Virus record (IMG/VR): IMGVR_UViG_3300031616_000001
Span: 1-64,000 of that record
Direction: 5' to 3' (one strand)
Source of the DNA: a virus
DNA: 64,000 nucleotides
Positions 1-10,041 of the stretch are shown here, piece after piece. How positions within the stretch are numbered: position 1 is the stretch's first letter; the number at the start of each line of letters is the position of its first letter. A model generated the notes under the pieces. That model ran no database searches, was not told the origin of the DNA, and was given only the letters and a program-made list of their open reading frames with translations. A program made the position numbers and the translations under genes.

Positions 1-2574
1 CAGGCGCTGATCAGTACCGGCCAGGTCGGCCCGCAGGTGCTCGAGTCGGCCACGGCAGCCGCGGCAAAGTACGGCGAGGCCACGGGCAAGAGCGCCAAGG
101 AGGTCGCGGCGGACTACGCCGGCATGGGCCAGGACGTGGCCAAGTGGGCCGCCGAGCACAACCGCCAGCTGAACTTCATCAGCGCCGCGCAGTACGACCA
201 GATCAAGAGCCTGCAGGACCAGGGGCGCGCCGCCGATGCGCAGGCCATCGTCTACGACGCGCTGAACAAGCGCTTCACGACCCTCGACCAGAACCTTGGC
301 ACGATCGAGAAGACGCTCAAGGCCGTCAAGGGCGGCTGGAACTCGTTCTGGGATGCAGCCTTCGATGTCGGCCGCTCGGAGACGATCGAGGACAAGATCA
401 AGCGCGCCGAAGACGCGGCGGCCGCGCTCAGCAGGCGCCTGACCGATGGCCGTGCCGGCAACCCGGCGTTCTCGTCGGCGCCAGCGCTGCGCGCGCAAGA
501 CGACCCAGCCAATGATCCCGCCGAGCGCGCGCGCGTCGCGGGGCTGGCCGCTGGCAAGTCTGAAGAAGCCGTCGAACTTAAGCGCCTGAAGATCGCGCAG
601 GACAGCGCGGTGCTGCGCACCGCCGAGAACGCCGCCATCACGCAGCGCGTCATCGACGGCAAGGCCTTGGTCAAGCAGTACCAGGATGAGGCGAAGGGTG
701 TCACCGCCTACCAGAGCGAGCTCAAGAAGCTGCAGTCGCAATTCGCCGACGCCGAGCGCATCGGGAACCCGTACTCGCCTGAAGCCCAGGCCGAGGCCTT
801 GAAGGGCTTGAAGAAGAAGTTCACCGACAGCCAGGGCATCAACGAGAGCGATGCGCAGCGCAAGGCTCTGCTCGCGCAGGACCTGAAGTTCTCGAAGGAC
901 AACCTCGAGCAGCAGAAGGATCTGCTGCAGTTCAATCAGCAGGCGCTCGCGGCGATCTACGCTGGCGGCAATGTCTCGCTGCAGGCCTACTACGACGAGC
1001 GTCGCCAGATCACGGCGCGCGGCGTGCAGAATGAACTCGACGCGCTCGTCGACGAGCAGGCGCGGCTTGAGGTTGAACTCGAGAAGGGCGCCTTCAAGGA
1101 TCCCCACCAGAAGATCGAGTTGCAGACGCAGTTGAACGACACCGTGGCGAAGTCGGTCAAGGTTCAACGCGAGGCCGCGCAGGCCGCGACGCTGTCGTCG
1201 CTCGAGGAGGCCGCGGCGTTCAAGGCGCTCGGCGATCGCGTCCAGGACTATCGCGCCCAGCTGCTCCAACTCGAAGGCGACGAGGAAGGCGCCGCGCGCA
1301 TCCGCGCCGCGATCACCGAGCAGAACGCGAAACAGTTCGCGCGTCAATCCGGCGGCCAGATCACCGAGAACGACGTAGGGCGCCAGACGCGTGCGATCGC
1401 CGCGGCGAACCAACTCGCGGAGATCCAGCGCAAGCTCAGTGTGGCCACGTCCGAGGCGGCACGCGCCGAGGAGACGTTCACGCTGCGCTCTACACAGGCC
1501 GGCGACAACCTGATCGAGCGCGACACCGGCATCTACCAGCTACGCGCCGCGGCGCTGGTGCAACTCGGCGAACTCGCTGACAAGGCGCGTGAGCTGGCCG
1601 ACGCGTCGACGGACCCGAAGATCAAGACGTATGCCGAGGACCTGGCGCTGCAGTACGCCAAGGCGGCCGACGCCGTCGACCCGGCGATCACGCGGCTGCG
1701 CAGCGGCGCCGACGAGATGGCGTCGTCGTTCCGCGGCACCTTCGATTCGATCGCCAGTGGCGCGCTGACCGGCAACGACGCCATCAAGACGCTCGGCAAG
1801 ACCGTGCAGACCACGCTGACGAAGACCTTCATCAGCGAGCCGCTCGAGGCCGCGCTGAAAGGCGGCCTGCGCAAGCTTGTCGACGGCGATGGCATCGGTG
1901 CCTTCCTGCGACTCGGCACGCCGAGCGCGCAGGCGGGCGCCGGCATCGATGTGGCAGGCGCCGGCTACTCGCCGGCCAAGGATTCGCAGACGGCCAGCGA
2001 AGCCTTTGACGCGCTGCAAAGCAGTCTTGGCAGTGTCGTGAGCAGCACGGTCACGCAGACCACGGTGACGAACACCGCGACTTCGGCGCTGACGTCGATG
2101 ACGGCCGCCGCGCAGGCGGCGGCGTATGCGCTGCAGTTGATCGCTTCGCAGAGCGGGGGCGAAGCCGATCTCTTCAAGCAGATCGCCGGTGCGTCAGGAA
2201 GTGGCAGCGGTGTCAGCGACGTCGGTGGCGTCAACGCGGGCTATCCCGCCTACGGGTTGGCGAACGGCACGAACTACGTGCCCTACGACGGCTTCAAGGC
2301 GACGCTGCACAAAGGCGAGAGCGTGACGCCGGCGAAGTACAACCCGGCCGCCGGCGGCCGAGGCTCCTCGAGTGGCGGGGATCAGATCCAGATCGTCAAC
2401 AACGGCGCGCCGGTGAACGTGGAGAGTTCATCGACCACGACGGGTGCCGACGGCAGGCGGCTCAAGAAGATCGTGATCGGCGCCTTTCGTGACGACATCG
2501 GGACCGGCGGCCCGATGAGCCAGACGATGCAGAGCAAGTTCGGCGTGGCTCGTCGCAACCCGAAGCGCGGGTAG
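1..2574 (+). CDS. Tail tape measure protein (5' truncated by window edge)
   Basis: Long Ala/Gln-rich helical ORF, open from base 1; lambda-TMP-like N region (WNSFWDAAFDVGR) and C-terminal GLANGTNYVPYDG...LHKGESV motif; precedes tail-tip genes. Confidence 0.9.
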   Translation, partial: QALISTGQVGPQVLESATAAAAKYGEATGKSAKEVAADYAGMGQDVAKWAAEHNRQLNFISAAQYDQIKSLQDQGRAADAQAIVYDALNKRFTTLDQNLGTIEKTLKAVKGGWNSFWDAAFDVGRSETIEDKIKRAEDAAAALSRRLTDGRAGNPAFSSAPALRAQDDPANDPAERARVAGLAAGKSEEAVELKRLKIAQDSAVLRTAENAAITQRVIDGKALVKQYQDEAKGVTAYQSELKKLQSQFADAERIGNPYSPEAQAEALKGLKKKFTDSQGINESDAQRKALLAQDLKFSKDNLEQQKDLLQFNQQALAAIYAGGNVSLQAYYDERRQITARGVQNELDALVDEQARLEVELEKGAFKDPHQKIELQTQLNDTVAKSVKVQREAAQAATLSSLEEAAAFKALGDRVQDYRAQLLQLEGDEEGAARIRAAITEQNAKQFARQSGGQITENDVGRQTRAIAAANQLAEIQRKLSVATSEAARAEETFTLRSTQAGDNLIERDTGIYQLRAAALVQLGELADKARELADASTDPKIKTYAEDLALQYAKAADAVDPAITRLRSGADEMASSFRGTFDSIASGALTGNDAIKTLGKTVQTTLTKTFISEPLEAALKGGLRKLVDGDGIGAFLRLGTPSAQAGAGIDVAGAGYSPAKDSQTASEAFDALQSSLGSVVSSTVTQTTVTNTATSALTSMTAAAQAAAYALQLIASQSGGEADLFKQIAGASGSGSGVSDVGGVNAGYPAYGLANGTNYVPYDGFKATLHKGESVTPAKYNPAAGGRGSSSGGDQIQIVNNGAPVNVESSSTTTGADGRRLKKIVIGAFRDDIGTGGPMSQTMQSKFGVARRNPKRG

Positions 2575-2577
2575 GTT

Positions 2578-3162
2578 ATGAAGAATTCGGATGTGACGGC
2601 AGTGATTCTGTCCGCGTCGCTTCAGCGCGCGCGGCGCAGCATCGACGGCGTCCGAGTCCTGACGCATGTGGGCCGTTTTGGCGATGCCGCCGGCCTGCTC
2701 GATGCGCGCCTGGCCGCGCTGCAGCGCGTGGACACCGAGTGGTTCTTCTTCCTTGACGACGACGACGAACTGCCGCCCGACTACCTGCGCGTGCTCGATC
2801 TGTGCAAGACCGCCGGAACGCCGATCGCCTACACCGACGAGAAGATCGCTCACGAGAGCGGCGGCTTCATCGTTCGCAAGTCGAGCGACTATTCAGCGGA
2901 CAAGTTCATCGCGAACCGCATGCTGATCCACCACCTGGCGGTCTGCAGAACTGAGGCGGCACTCCGCGCGTCCAGCGTGATTCCGCGCGGGACGTACGCG
3001 GTCGAGAACCTGCTCTTCTTCGAAGTCGCGAAAGGTGGTGCCACCTACATCCCGGAAGTCGGCTACATCTGGCATCGGCGCAATACCGGCCTGAGCCGGC
3101 ACCCGTCGATCCTGATCGGCATGATTCAAAGCGCGACGTGGGCGCATAGGAATCGAACATGA
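2578..3162 (+). CDS. Glycosyltransferase family 2 (GT-A)-like protein
   Basis: VTAVIL N-terminal strand and ARLAALQRVDTEWFFFLDDDDEL (GT-A DxD motif). Confidence 0.75.
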   Translation: MKNSDVTAVILSASLQRARRSIDGVRVLTHVGRFGDAAGLLDARLAALQRVDTEWFFFLDDDDELPPDYLRVLDLCKTAGTPIAYTDEKIAHESGGFIVRKSSDYSADKFIANRMLIHHLAVCRTEAALRASSVIPRGTYAVENLLFFEVAKGGATYIPEVGYIWHRRNTGLSRHPSILIGMIQSATWAHRNRT

Positions 3163-4175
3163 GCTTCGCGCTCGGCTGGTACTACGGCAATCCGAGGCCG
3201 AAGTTCGAACCACCGGACGATCTCGGCAACTCCGCTAACTTTTCACCGTCGAACTCTGGGGCCCCCGGAGAGATCGACACGAGCCTCGCTGACTTCTATG
3301 CGGGCGTCGCCGACGTGACGACAGAGACGGTCGTGTGGAGTACGGAGTGGGTGCCTGTTGTTGCCGACCCAGCGCCGTTCATCAACTACCCGCTCGGAGA
3401 GAACGCAGGACCGATCCGCATTCACACGGGTCCCGATGACGACAACTACACCCTGTTCATCGGAACACTGAACTTGACGGCGACGGTGGACGGTGTTCCG
3501 CTGGATGGCCACTTGCGGATCGTGATGGCCGAGGGCGGCTCATACGGGAACTTCGCTTGGGACTTCGTCTCAGGAACCGGCGGCGGGTCGGGCAGCCCAT
3601 GCCTTCCGGAACTGCTGGCGCCAGCCGGAACTCCGGTGTTTCTGGAGAACGGGCATGCGCAGCAGCTGCGCTCGGTGTACCGCGATGTCGCGATGGGAAC
3701 CGGTCACATGCGGCGGATCCGGACGCGCACGATCGCGCCACGGACCGTGGCGGTTTCGTGGTTCGTCGATGCCAACAAGGTCCAGGCGATCGAAGCCTGG
3801 CACGAAGGCTCCTTGCGAGTTGGTGTCGAGCCATTCGCAGCGCGCATCGCGCGTATCGGCGGACGTGGTCTCACGTGGTGGCGGGCGACGTGGGTCGGGC
3901 CGCTGGTCTATACGCCGCTCAACTCCAAGCACTGGCGAGTCAACGGCGATCTCTTTCTGAGTTGCGGTGGCGGCCTCGAAGGTCCAGTGAGTACGAGCGC
4001 GCGAGTCGAGTTCGAAGTGGCGCTGCGCGCTACGGCGAGCGCGGTCATAACGGCATACGCGGCCGTCGAGTTCGTTGCCGAACTCAAGCAACAGTTCGTC
4101 GGCCCGACCTTGCGTGGGACGTCCTCCGGCGAACTCCGAACCACTACCAGCGGGGAGACCCGCATCACGCGGTGA
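3159..4175 (+). CDS. Minor tail protein with a distal-tail (gpM/Dit-like) domain
   Basis: Central segment MGTGHMRRIRTRT...VAVSW...WRVNGDL resembles distal tail proteins; position after TMP; C-terminal RxTxxGExRxT repeats. Confidence 0.6.
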   Translation: MSFALGWYYGNPRPKFEPPDDLGNSANFSPSNSGAPGEIDTSLADFYAGVADVTTETVVWSTEWVPVVADPAPFINYPLGENAGPIRIHTGPDDDNYTLFIGTLNLTATVDGVPLDGHLRIVMAEGGSYGNFAWDFVSGTGGGSGSPCLPELLAPAGTPVFLENGHAQQLRSVYRDVAMGTGHMRRIRTRTIAPRTVAVSWFVDANKVQAIEAWHEGSLRVGVEPFAARIARIGGRGLTWWRATWVGPLVYTPLNSKHWRVNGDLFLSCGGGLEGPVSTSARVEFEVALRATASAVITAYAAVEFVAELKQQFVGPTLRGTSSGELRTTTSGETRITR

Positions 4176-4182
4176 GCATCAC

Positions 4183-4740
4183 ATGAGCTTGACGATTGGA
4201 GATCTCACGCCGGCGGCACTGCCGCTCGCGCGTAGCACGCTCTTCGAGATTGAAATTCCGGGGTCGCCAGGTGGGTCTGCCCGAGTGCCGCTTGCGCCCG
4301 GCATCTTCCCGGATCCGGATGGCGAGGAAGGCAAATCGCTTGTCGTCGACGAGAACGGCGATTTCGCATGGGAGTTCCAGCCCTTCTCCGAGCGGATTCC
4401 GCTGTCGGATCTGACGACATCCCTGACCGCGGGAACCTCCGTCGGCTACTGGCGGCCGCCGTTCGACGCTGTCGATGTCAAGGTCCGCGCATCGCTGCTC
4501 GTCGCGTCATCTGGTGGCGACGTCGTAGTCGACATGAACAAGAACGGCGCCACGATGCTCAACGCGAAGCTGGCGGTTCACCAGGGTGACGTGTCCAGCG
4601 TGTCTGGATCGCCGACGTCGCCGTCGTACCTGCTGACCACGTGGAACGAAGACGATCTGATCGCCTTCGACATCGACTCCGCCGGCACCGGCGCCAAAGG
4701 CCTCATCGTCACCGTCACCGGCAAGCGGGCGTCCCTGTGA
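4183..4740 (+). CDS. Virion/tail fibre-associated protein
   Basis: N-terminal TIGDLTPA anchor-like motif; C-terminal beta domain ending FDIDSAGTGAKGLIVTV, as seen in phage structural proteins. Confidence 0.55.
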   Translation: MSLTIGDLTPAALPLARSTLFEIEIPGSPGGSARVPLAPGIFPDPDGEEGKSLVVDENGDFAWEFQPFSERIPLSDLTTSLTAGTSVGYWRPPFDAVDVKVRASLLVASSGGDVVVDMNKNGATMLNAKLAVHQGDVSSVSGSPTSPSYLLTTWNEDDLIAFDIDSAGTGAKGLIVTVTGKRASL

Positions 4741-4759
4741 TGCAGCGCCTGATCTGACC

Positions 4760-5155
4760 ATGGCCGACCTTCTTGTGTACCCGACGAATCTGCCGGGGCC
4801 GAGAACCGCGCCTTTCTCACCGATAGAGCGTCGCATGCTATCGAGTCTGCCTGGCCCTCGCCAGTTGCGACCGATGCAGCGCGATCGCCACGCGATCCAG
4901 GACCTGGACTTCATCTACACGCACGACGAGCTCGCGGTCTTCACGACGTGGCTGGAGACACCGCTCGTCCTGGCCGGCGCATGGTTCACCGCGATGTGGG
5001 CACAACCCCAGGGCGGACCGGGAGTGCGGCGCTTCGTTGGTCAGCCGAGTTACCCGGTCTATTTCCCCAGCGTCGGATGGAACGTGCGCGCGTCGGTGGA
5101 AGTGCGTGGCTCAGGCCTCACCGAGATCTACGGCAGCGGTGGCGCTGGCGGATAG
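4760..5155 (+). CDS. Distal tail protein (gpM-like)
   Basis: YPTNLPGP...GPRQLR...LAGAWF...RRFVG...WNVRASVEV pattern; synteny. Confidence 0.65.
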   Translation: MADLLVYPTNLPGPRTAPFSPIERRMLSSLPGPRQLRPMQRDRHAIQDLDFIYTHDELAVFTTWLETPLVLAGAWFTAMWAQPQGGPGVRRFVGQPSYPVYFPSVGWNVRASVEVRGSGLTEIYGSGGAGG

Positions 5156-5180
5156 CCGGCACGAACGTACTGAACGAAAA

Positions 5181-5726
5181 ATGCCAACGTACCAACCAGC
5201 AGAACGCGGCGCCCAGCTCAGCTGGGAGCTCCTCGAGGGCGTCGTGACTGTGCCCCTGGAAAGAGCACTGCTGAGCGCCTTCGAGATCTATCACCCGTTG
5301 AGCGGGCGACATCGATACGTCGCCGACGAGCAGAATCTTTTGGCAACGATCGAGCCAGGCGCCCCAGCCGATGCGAATGAAGAGGTGCTGTGGGAAGCGT
5401 TGCCGGTCACAGTCGGCAAGCCCGAGCAGAGCGCCGCTGCAGCGTCTCCGAACGTCTCGCTGAGCCTTGACAACGTCGCCGGCCTCATGGCCAAAGAGAT
5501 GGACAAGACGCGCGGTTCACTTGATCCGTGGGTCGTGACCGAGCGCCTATATGCATCTGACGACACCGGCGGTCCCGCCGTGCTGCCGCCGACCGTCATG
5601 TACATCAGCAACGTCCGGCTGCAAGACGCCGCCGTCGTCATCACGGCCAGCTATGGCGAGCCGGCGAACGTCGACGTGCCGAAGACAACCTTCAATCGGT
5701 TCGAGTACCCGGGCCTGATGAAATGA
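5181..5726 (+). CDS. Tail hub protein (DUF1833/gpL-like)
   Basis: FEIYHP...LSLDNV...ERLYASDD...FNRFEYPGL motifs; synteny. Confidence 0.75.
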   Translation: MPTYQPAERGAQLSWELLEGVVTVPLERALLSAFEIYHPLSGRHRYVADEQNLLATIEPGAPADANEEVLWEALPVTVGKPEQSAAAASPNVSLSLDNVAGLMAKEMDKTRGSLDPWVVTERLYASDDTGGPAVLPPTVMYISNVRLQDAAVVITASYGEPANVDVPKTTFNRFEYPGLMK

Positions 5727-6148
5727 CCTCTGTGACATTGCATTGGGCTGCTGCCTACGTCGGCAAGCCCTGGCGGAGCGCTGCCTGCGGCCCGCTCGCC
5801 TACTACTGCTGGGGTCTAGTACAACGACTCTGCCAGATTCGCCTGGCCGCACGGATGCCGGATCTGGTCATCGGTGACGACAACCAAGCGGCCATCATGG
5901 AGGCCGTCCGCGACCTCGGGTGGTCTCGGGTAGACGGCGAGCCGCGAGAGGACGACATCATCCTCGCGCGTCGACGCGACGGTGCCCGTCATTGCGGCTA
6001 TATAGTTCACGATGGCCGCCGCCTTGGCGTTCTCCATGCTGACGGTCACATGAGTTCGAGCGGCCCCGTTGGGGCCGTCGTCTTCCAGACCGTCGCCGAG
6101 TTCACGAGCGGCGGCTACAGCGATCTCGAATTCTGGAGGCGCGCTTGA
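5723..6148 (+). CDS. NlpC/P60-family tail assembly protein (gpK-like)
   Basis: YVGKPW...YYCWGLV...HCGY...VLHA catalytic Cys/His pattern. Confidence 0.8.
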   Translation: MTSVTLHWAAAYVGKPWRSAACGPLAYYCWGLVQRLCQIRLAARMPDLVIGDDNQAAIMEAVRDLGWSRVDGEPREDDIILARRRDGARHCGYIVHDGRRLGVLHADGHMSSSGPVGAVVFQTVAEFTSGGYSDLEFWRRA

Positions 6149-9111
6149 GCGCGCGCGTGTTCGGCCTGCAGCAGCCCGTGATGGGTGTGTCCCGCAACCC
6201 GCTGCTCGACCTGCGCGAGATCGACATGCACCCCGTGCCGGTCGGCGTATCGCTGGCCAGCTTGAAGCCAGAGGCAAAGGGGGCGTTGCGCTGCTATCGC
6301 AATGGCGAGCCGCTGTACCCCGTCACCGGCCGGCAGTTCAAGCACTACCAGCAGATGAATCGCAAAGGCCGCGCCGATGACGCGCGGCGCTATCTCGGCC
6401 GCGCGGCGCGGCGCGGCCTGAACTGGCAGAACGCCAAGACGCGACCCGGCGACATCGTCACTTGGCACGAGATCCCGCAGGACAAGGAAGACGGCCGCAC
6501 GTTGCTTCAAATCGCGGCGGTCATCGTATCGATCGCTTACCCGGCGTTCGCTCCGTATGCCGCGGCAGCGATGGTGGCGTTCAACATCTTCGTTCCGCCG
6601 ACCCAACGGAACCTGCAGCAGCTCGATGCCGCCAACGGTGTCTTCAGCACCAGCCTTGACGGCAATCAGGCTCGACTCGACCAGCCAATCTGGCGCAACT
6701 GCGGCCTCAACAAGATCACGCCGCCGTTCGCTGCGCAGCCCTACTACGAGTTTCTTCCATCCGGCAAGAAGGACGGCGAAGGCCGCGACATCGACGCCGA
6801 CCAGTACTACTTCGTCGTCTTCGCGGTTGGCATGGGCAGGAACGATCCGCGTCGCGTACTGATCGGGAAGACGCCGGCCACTCACTTCCAGGACATCCTC
6901 GAAAGCAACTATCTAAAACCCGGTGAGCAGCCGCATCGCGCGCTGTGCAACGTCACGACCTCGACGGAAGTCGCTGGCCTCGAGATGGAGAGCGACGGTC
7001 GGTATATCGGCGGCTACGTTGCATCGCAGCCACGACGCAAGGCTGTGAGGATCGGTATCGACATGGCCGCGACCCAGGGCCTCGGCACAACAGAAACCGT
7101 TGGCGAAGACGCAGGTCAGCCCAAGCCGATCACGATCAGCTGGCGCATCGAAGCGCGCGAGATCGACAACTATGCGCGGCCTTTGACAACATGGGTTGTG
7201 CTAGGCGACGAAGAGCGCACAGGCAACACCAACACGCCACAACGCTGGACGTCGACATACACGTTGACGACGCCGGCACGCGTCGAAGTGCGAGCCGTGC
7301 GCACCGACATCAAGGACACGAATCCCAACACGCGCAACGCGCTGCAATGGATTGGGCTACGCGCATATCTCCAGGATGGCGCGCCGCTGCAGCAGCACTG
7401 CGCGCACTACGAGATCGTGATGCGCGCAAGCGAGCAACTCAGCGGCCAGGCGCAGCGCGACTTCGCCATCATCAACCAGGGCTATGCGCGGACATGGCAT
7501 CCGGACACCGGGTGGTCGTGCTTTGGCGGCGAATACGACAGCTACACGGCGACACGCAACCCGGCCTGGTATCTCGCCGACTTGTGGACCGATCCAAACT
7601 GGGGCGAAGGCCTGCCCGACGAGCGCATCGACCTGCAAGGCCTGTACGAATGGTCGCTGGTGTGCGATGCCCGGCAGGACCGCTTCGACTACACCTTCGA
7701 CAAGTCGATGAATGCCTGGGACGCGGCGCAACTGATCGCGCGCGCCGGCCGCGCGCGCTGCTTCCGTCGCTTCGGCATCAACACGATTGCGCGTGACGAT
7801 CTGCAGACGCTGCCGAAGACCGCGTTCTCGCCGCGCAACACGCTGCCCGGCACCATGGCTTGCGATGAAACCACGCCGGGTCTGAACGTCTCCGACGGCT
7901 ACGTCATCGAGTTCAAGAGCAACGTCTCGTGGGACGTCGACACCGTCGATTGCCCTTGCCCTGGATTCACGGTGAGAGACCCCGGTGACCCGCGCCACGA
8001 CCCCGCGCTACCCATCATGTCGCGGCCGATCTTTGACCGGATCGACGGCATTCAAGGCGCTATTCACGCCGAGCGTGAGGGATTGTTCCAGGCAGCCGCG
8101 ATGATGCTGCGCACGCGCACCGTGAGTTGCACGACGACGATGGAGGGCATGGTCCTGGCCTACATGGACCCGCTGCGATGGCAGCCCGAGGTCGGCGGTT
8201 TCGGTCAGAGCGGCGACGTCACCTTCTGGAACCCAGAGACTTTGGTCATGGGTCTATCGGAACCCGCCGACTTCGCCGGCAGCGGCTCGAGCTTTTTGAC
8301 ACTCATGCGTGACGACGGCAGCCTCACCGATGCCGTCGAAGTCACGCCGGGCCTGACGACACGTGAGGTCCAACTGCCGTCAGCGCCTGACTTCGAAATC
8401 ATCCTCGACGACGGCACGCGCGACCGTCCGAAGTTCTTTCTTGGCCATCTCGACCAGATGGCGCGCATCACGTCAATCGCTGACGGCGGCAAGAGCGACG
8501 CGGATGACGGTGAAGAGGGCGCGCAGCTCTTTGAGATCACGGGATTCATTGACGACGAGCGCGTGCACACGGCGGACCTGCACCTGCTGCCTGGGCCCGG
8601 TGAGATCCAGGATCCCGTCGACGACGGTGACGACGCCGGCGGCGGTGACGGCGGCGGCGATACCCTCATCCTCATCAGGCTCACGGCTCACGAGCTCGTC
8701 GACGGCCAGGCGATCGGCGGCGGCGGCATCAAGGTCGAGTTCACGATGCGCAACAACGGGACGATGTCGATCACGCAGGTGCGGAACGACGAGCCCGACA
8801 CGCATGACGTCGTCTCCGAGTGGGCGCTGGTACCGGTCGAGGTGACAGACGCCGCTCGCTTCGAAGTCATGGTCGCGCCGCCGGCCTGGGCGAATCCATC
8901 CGTCTTCGGCTCCGCCATCAACACATGGCTGAGCCTCGACACCGAGCGGTCTTGGTACTGCAACGGCACCAATGGCGGCGGCGAGGGCGTCGTCGGAGTG
9001 GACGGCGTGCGCATCCCGCTGCAGGTGACGATCCGCGAGATCGCCACCGGTGCCGTTCAAGAGTCGCAAACCTTTGGCATGACGGTCTGGGCGAGTGGCA
9101 TTGGCTTCTGA
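6145..9111 (+). CDS. Tail tip / host-specificity protein (gpI+gpJ-like)
   Basis: 988 aa; NQARLDQPI, ATRNPAWYLAD, RIDLQGL, RFDYTFD, IARAGRA motifs typical of gpJ/TipJ. Confidence 0.85.
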   Translation: MSARVFGLQQPVMGVSRNPLLDLREIDMHPVPVGVSLASLKPEAKGALRCYRNGEPLYPVTGRQFKHYQQMNRKGRADDARRYLGRAARRGLNWQNAKTRPGDIVTWHEIPQDKEDGRTLLQIAAVIVSIAYPAFAPYAAAAMVAFNIFVPPTQRNLQQLDAANGVFSTSLDGNQARLDQPIWRNCGLNKITPPFAAQPYYEFLPSGKKDGEGRDIDADQYYFVVFAVGMGRNDPRRVLIGKTPATHFQDILESNYLKPGEQPHRALCNVTTSTEVAGLEMESDGRYIGGYVASQPRRKAVRIGIDMAATQGLGTTETVGEDAGQPKPITISWRIEAREIDNYARPLTTWVVLGDEERTGNTNTPQRWTSTYTLTTPARVEVRAVRTDIKDTNPNTRNALQWIGLRAYLQDGAPLQQHCAHYEIVMRASEQLSGQAQRDFAIINQGYARTWHPDTGWSCFGGEYDSYTATRNPAWYLADLWTDPNWGEGLPDERIDLQGLYEWSLVCDARQDRFDYTFDKSMNAWDAAQLIARAGRARCFRRFGINTIARDDLQTLPKTAFSPRNTLPGTMACDETTPGLNVSDGYVIEFKSNVSWDVDTVDCPCPGFTVRDPGDPRHDPALPIMSRPIFDRIDGIQGAIHAEREGLFQAAAMMLRTRTVSCTTTMEGMVLAYMDPLRWQPEVGGFGQSGDVTFWNPETLVMGLSEPADFAGSGSSFLTLMRDDGSLTDAVEVTPGLTTREVQLPSAPDFEIILDDGTRDRPKFFLGHLDQMARITSIADGGKSDADDGEEGAQLFEITGFIDDERVHTADLHLLPGPGEIQDPVDDGDDAGGGDGGGDTLILIRLTAHELVDGQAIGGGGIKVEFTMRNNGTMSITQVRNDEPDTHDVVSEWALVPVEVTDAARFEVMVAPPAWANPSVFGSAINTWLSLDTERSWYCNGTNGGGEGVVGVDGVRIPLQVTIREIATGAVQESQTFGMTVWASGIGF

Positions 9112-9148
9112 AGCCAATAGTCATTGCGCTGGAGATTGAGGAAATCAC

Positions 9149-10039
9149 ATGAGTCTGTTCACTGATATCGGCGAGAACAACCTCGCAGATTTCCTCCGCG
9201 GCCAAGGCCTCACTCTACCCAGCAGCTGGTACGTGGCTCCGCTGAGTGAGGCGATCGACGGCTCCACTACCGAGGTGGTCGGAACCGGCATCGAGAGATT
9301 CGAGATGGCTCGCAGCCTGCCGAACTGGAGCGGAACTCAGGGCGCCGGTACGACGTTGGCTAGCAACGGCACCAGCCACCGAAGCAGCAACAACGTGCTG
9401 ATCGACATGGGCACTGCGGCTTCGGCCGTCGGCACCGTGACACATGTCGGGTTCTTCGACGACAGCGGGGCAGGCGACTGCTGGTTCGTCGCCGCGCTCG
9501 GCGCGCCTGTCGTGACTGGTGCGGACGTTGACATTCAGATCGCTGTCGGCCAGTTGGTCTTCGAGCTGGGTCTGGTGAACGGCATGTCCGACTACCTCTG
9601 CAACAAGCTGATTGACAAGATCTTACGCGGCGCCACGTATGACTATCCGACCACGGTGTGGCAGGCCGCCTTCACCGCGGCACCGTCAAATGTTGGTGGC
9701 GGCACAGAGGTTGGCGGTGGCGTCGGCTACGCGCGCCTCGATCTCGAGTCGAGCCTGGACGCGCTGAGCGGAACGCAGGGGGCCGGCACTACGTCGGCCA
9801 GCGATGGCAGTTCGGGGCGCATCAGCAACAACGCAGTGCGCGCTTTCGCAAATCCCACAGGTCCATGGGGAGACATTGGCTGGACCGGCTTCTACGATGC
9901 GAGTTCGGGAGGCAACCTCCTCTGGCAACGCGCGCTCGGCCAGTATGTAAGCGGTACGTATACGCCGATGGTCAAGTCAATCGTCGTTGGCGTGCCGCTG
10001 ACGTTCGCTGCCGATGCTCTCGGTTTCACGGTGGCCTGA
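9149..10039 (+). CDS. Virion protein with two tandem copies of a tail-fibre-associated beta domain
   Basis: Internal duplication: ENNLADFLRG...SGTQGAGTT...SNN...GFFD versus CNKLIDKILRG...SGTQGAGTT...SNN...GFYDA. Confidence 0.65.
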   Translation: MSLFTDIGENNLADFLRGQGLTLPSSWYVAPLSEAIDGSTTEVVGTGIERFEMARSLPNWSGTQGAGTTLASNGTSHRSSNNVLIDMGTAASAVGTVTHVGFFDDSGAGDCWFVAALGAPVVTGADVDIQIAVGQLVFELGLVNGMSDYLCNKLIDKILRGATYDYPTTVWQAAFTAAPSNVGGGTEVGGGVGYARLDLESSLDALSGTQGAGTTSASDGSSGRISNNAVRAFANPTGPWGDIGWTGFYDASSGGNLLWQRALGQYVSGTYTPMVKSIVVGVPLTFAADALGFTVA

Positions 10040-10041
10040 CC

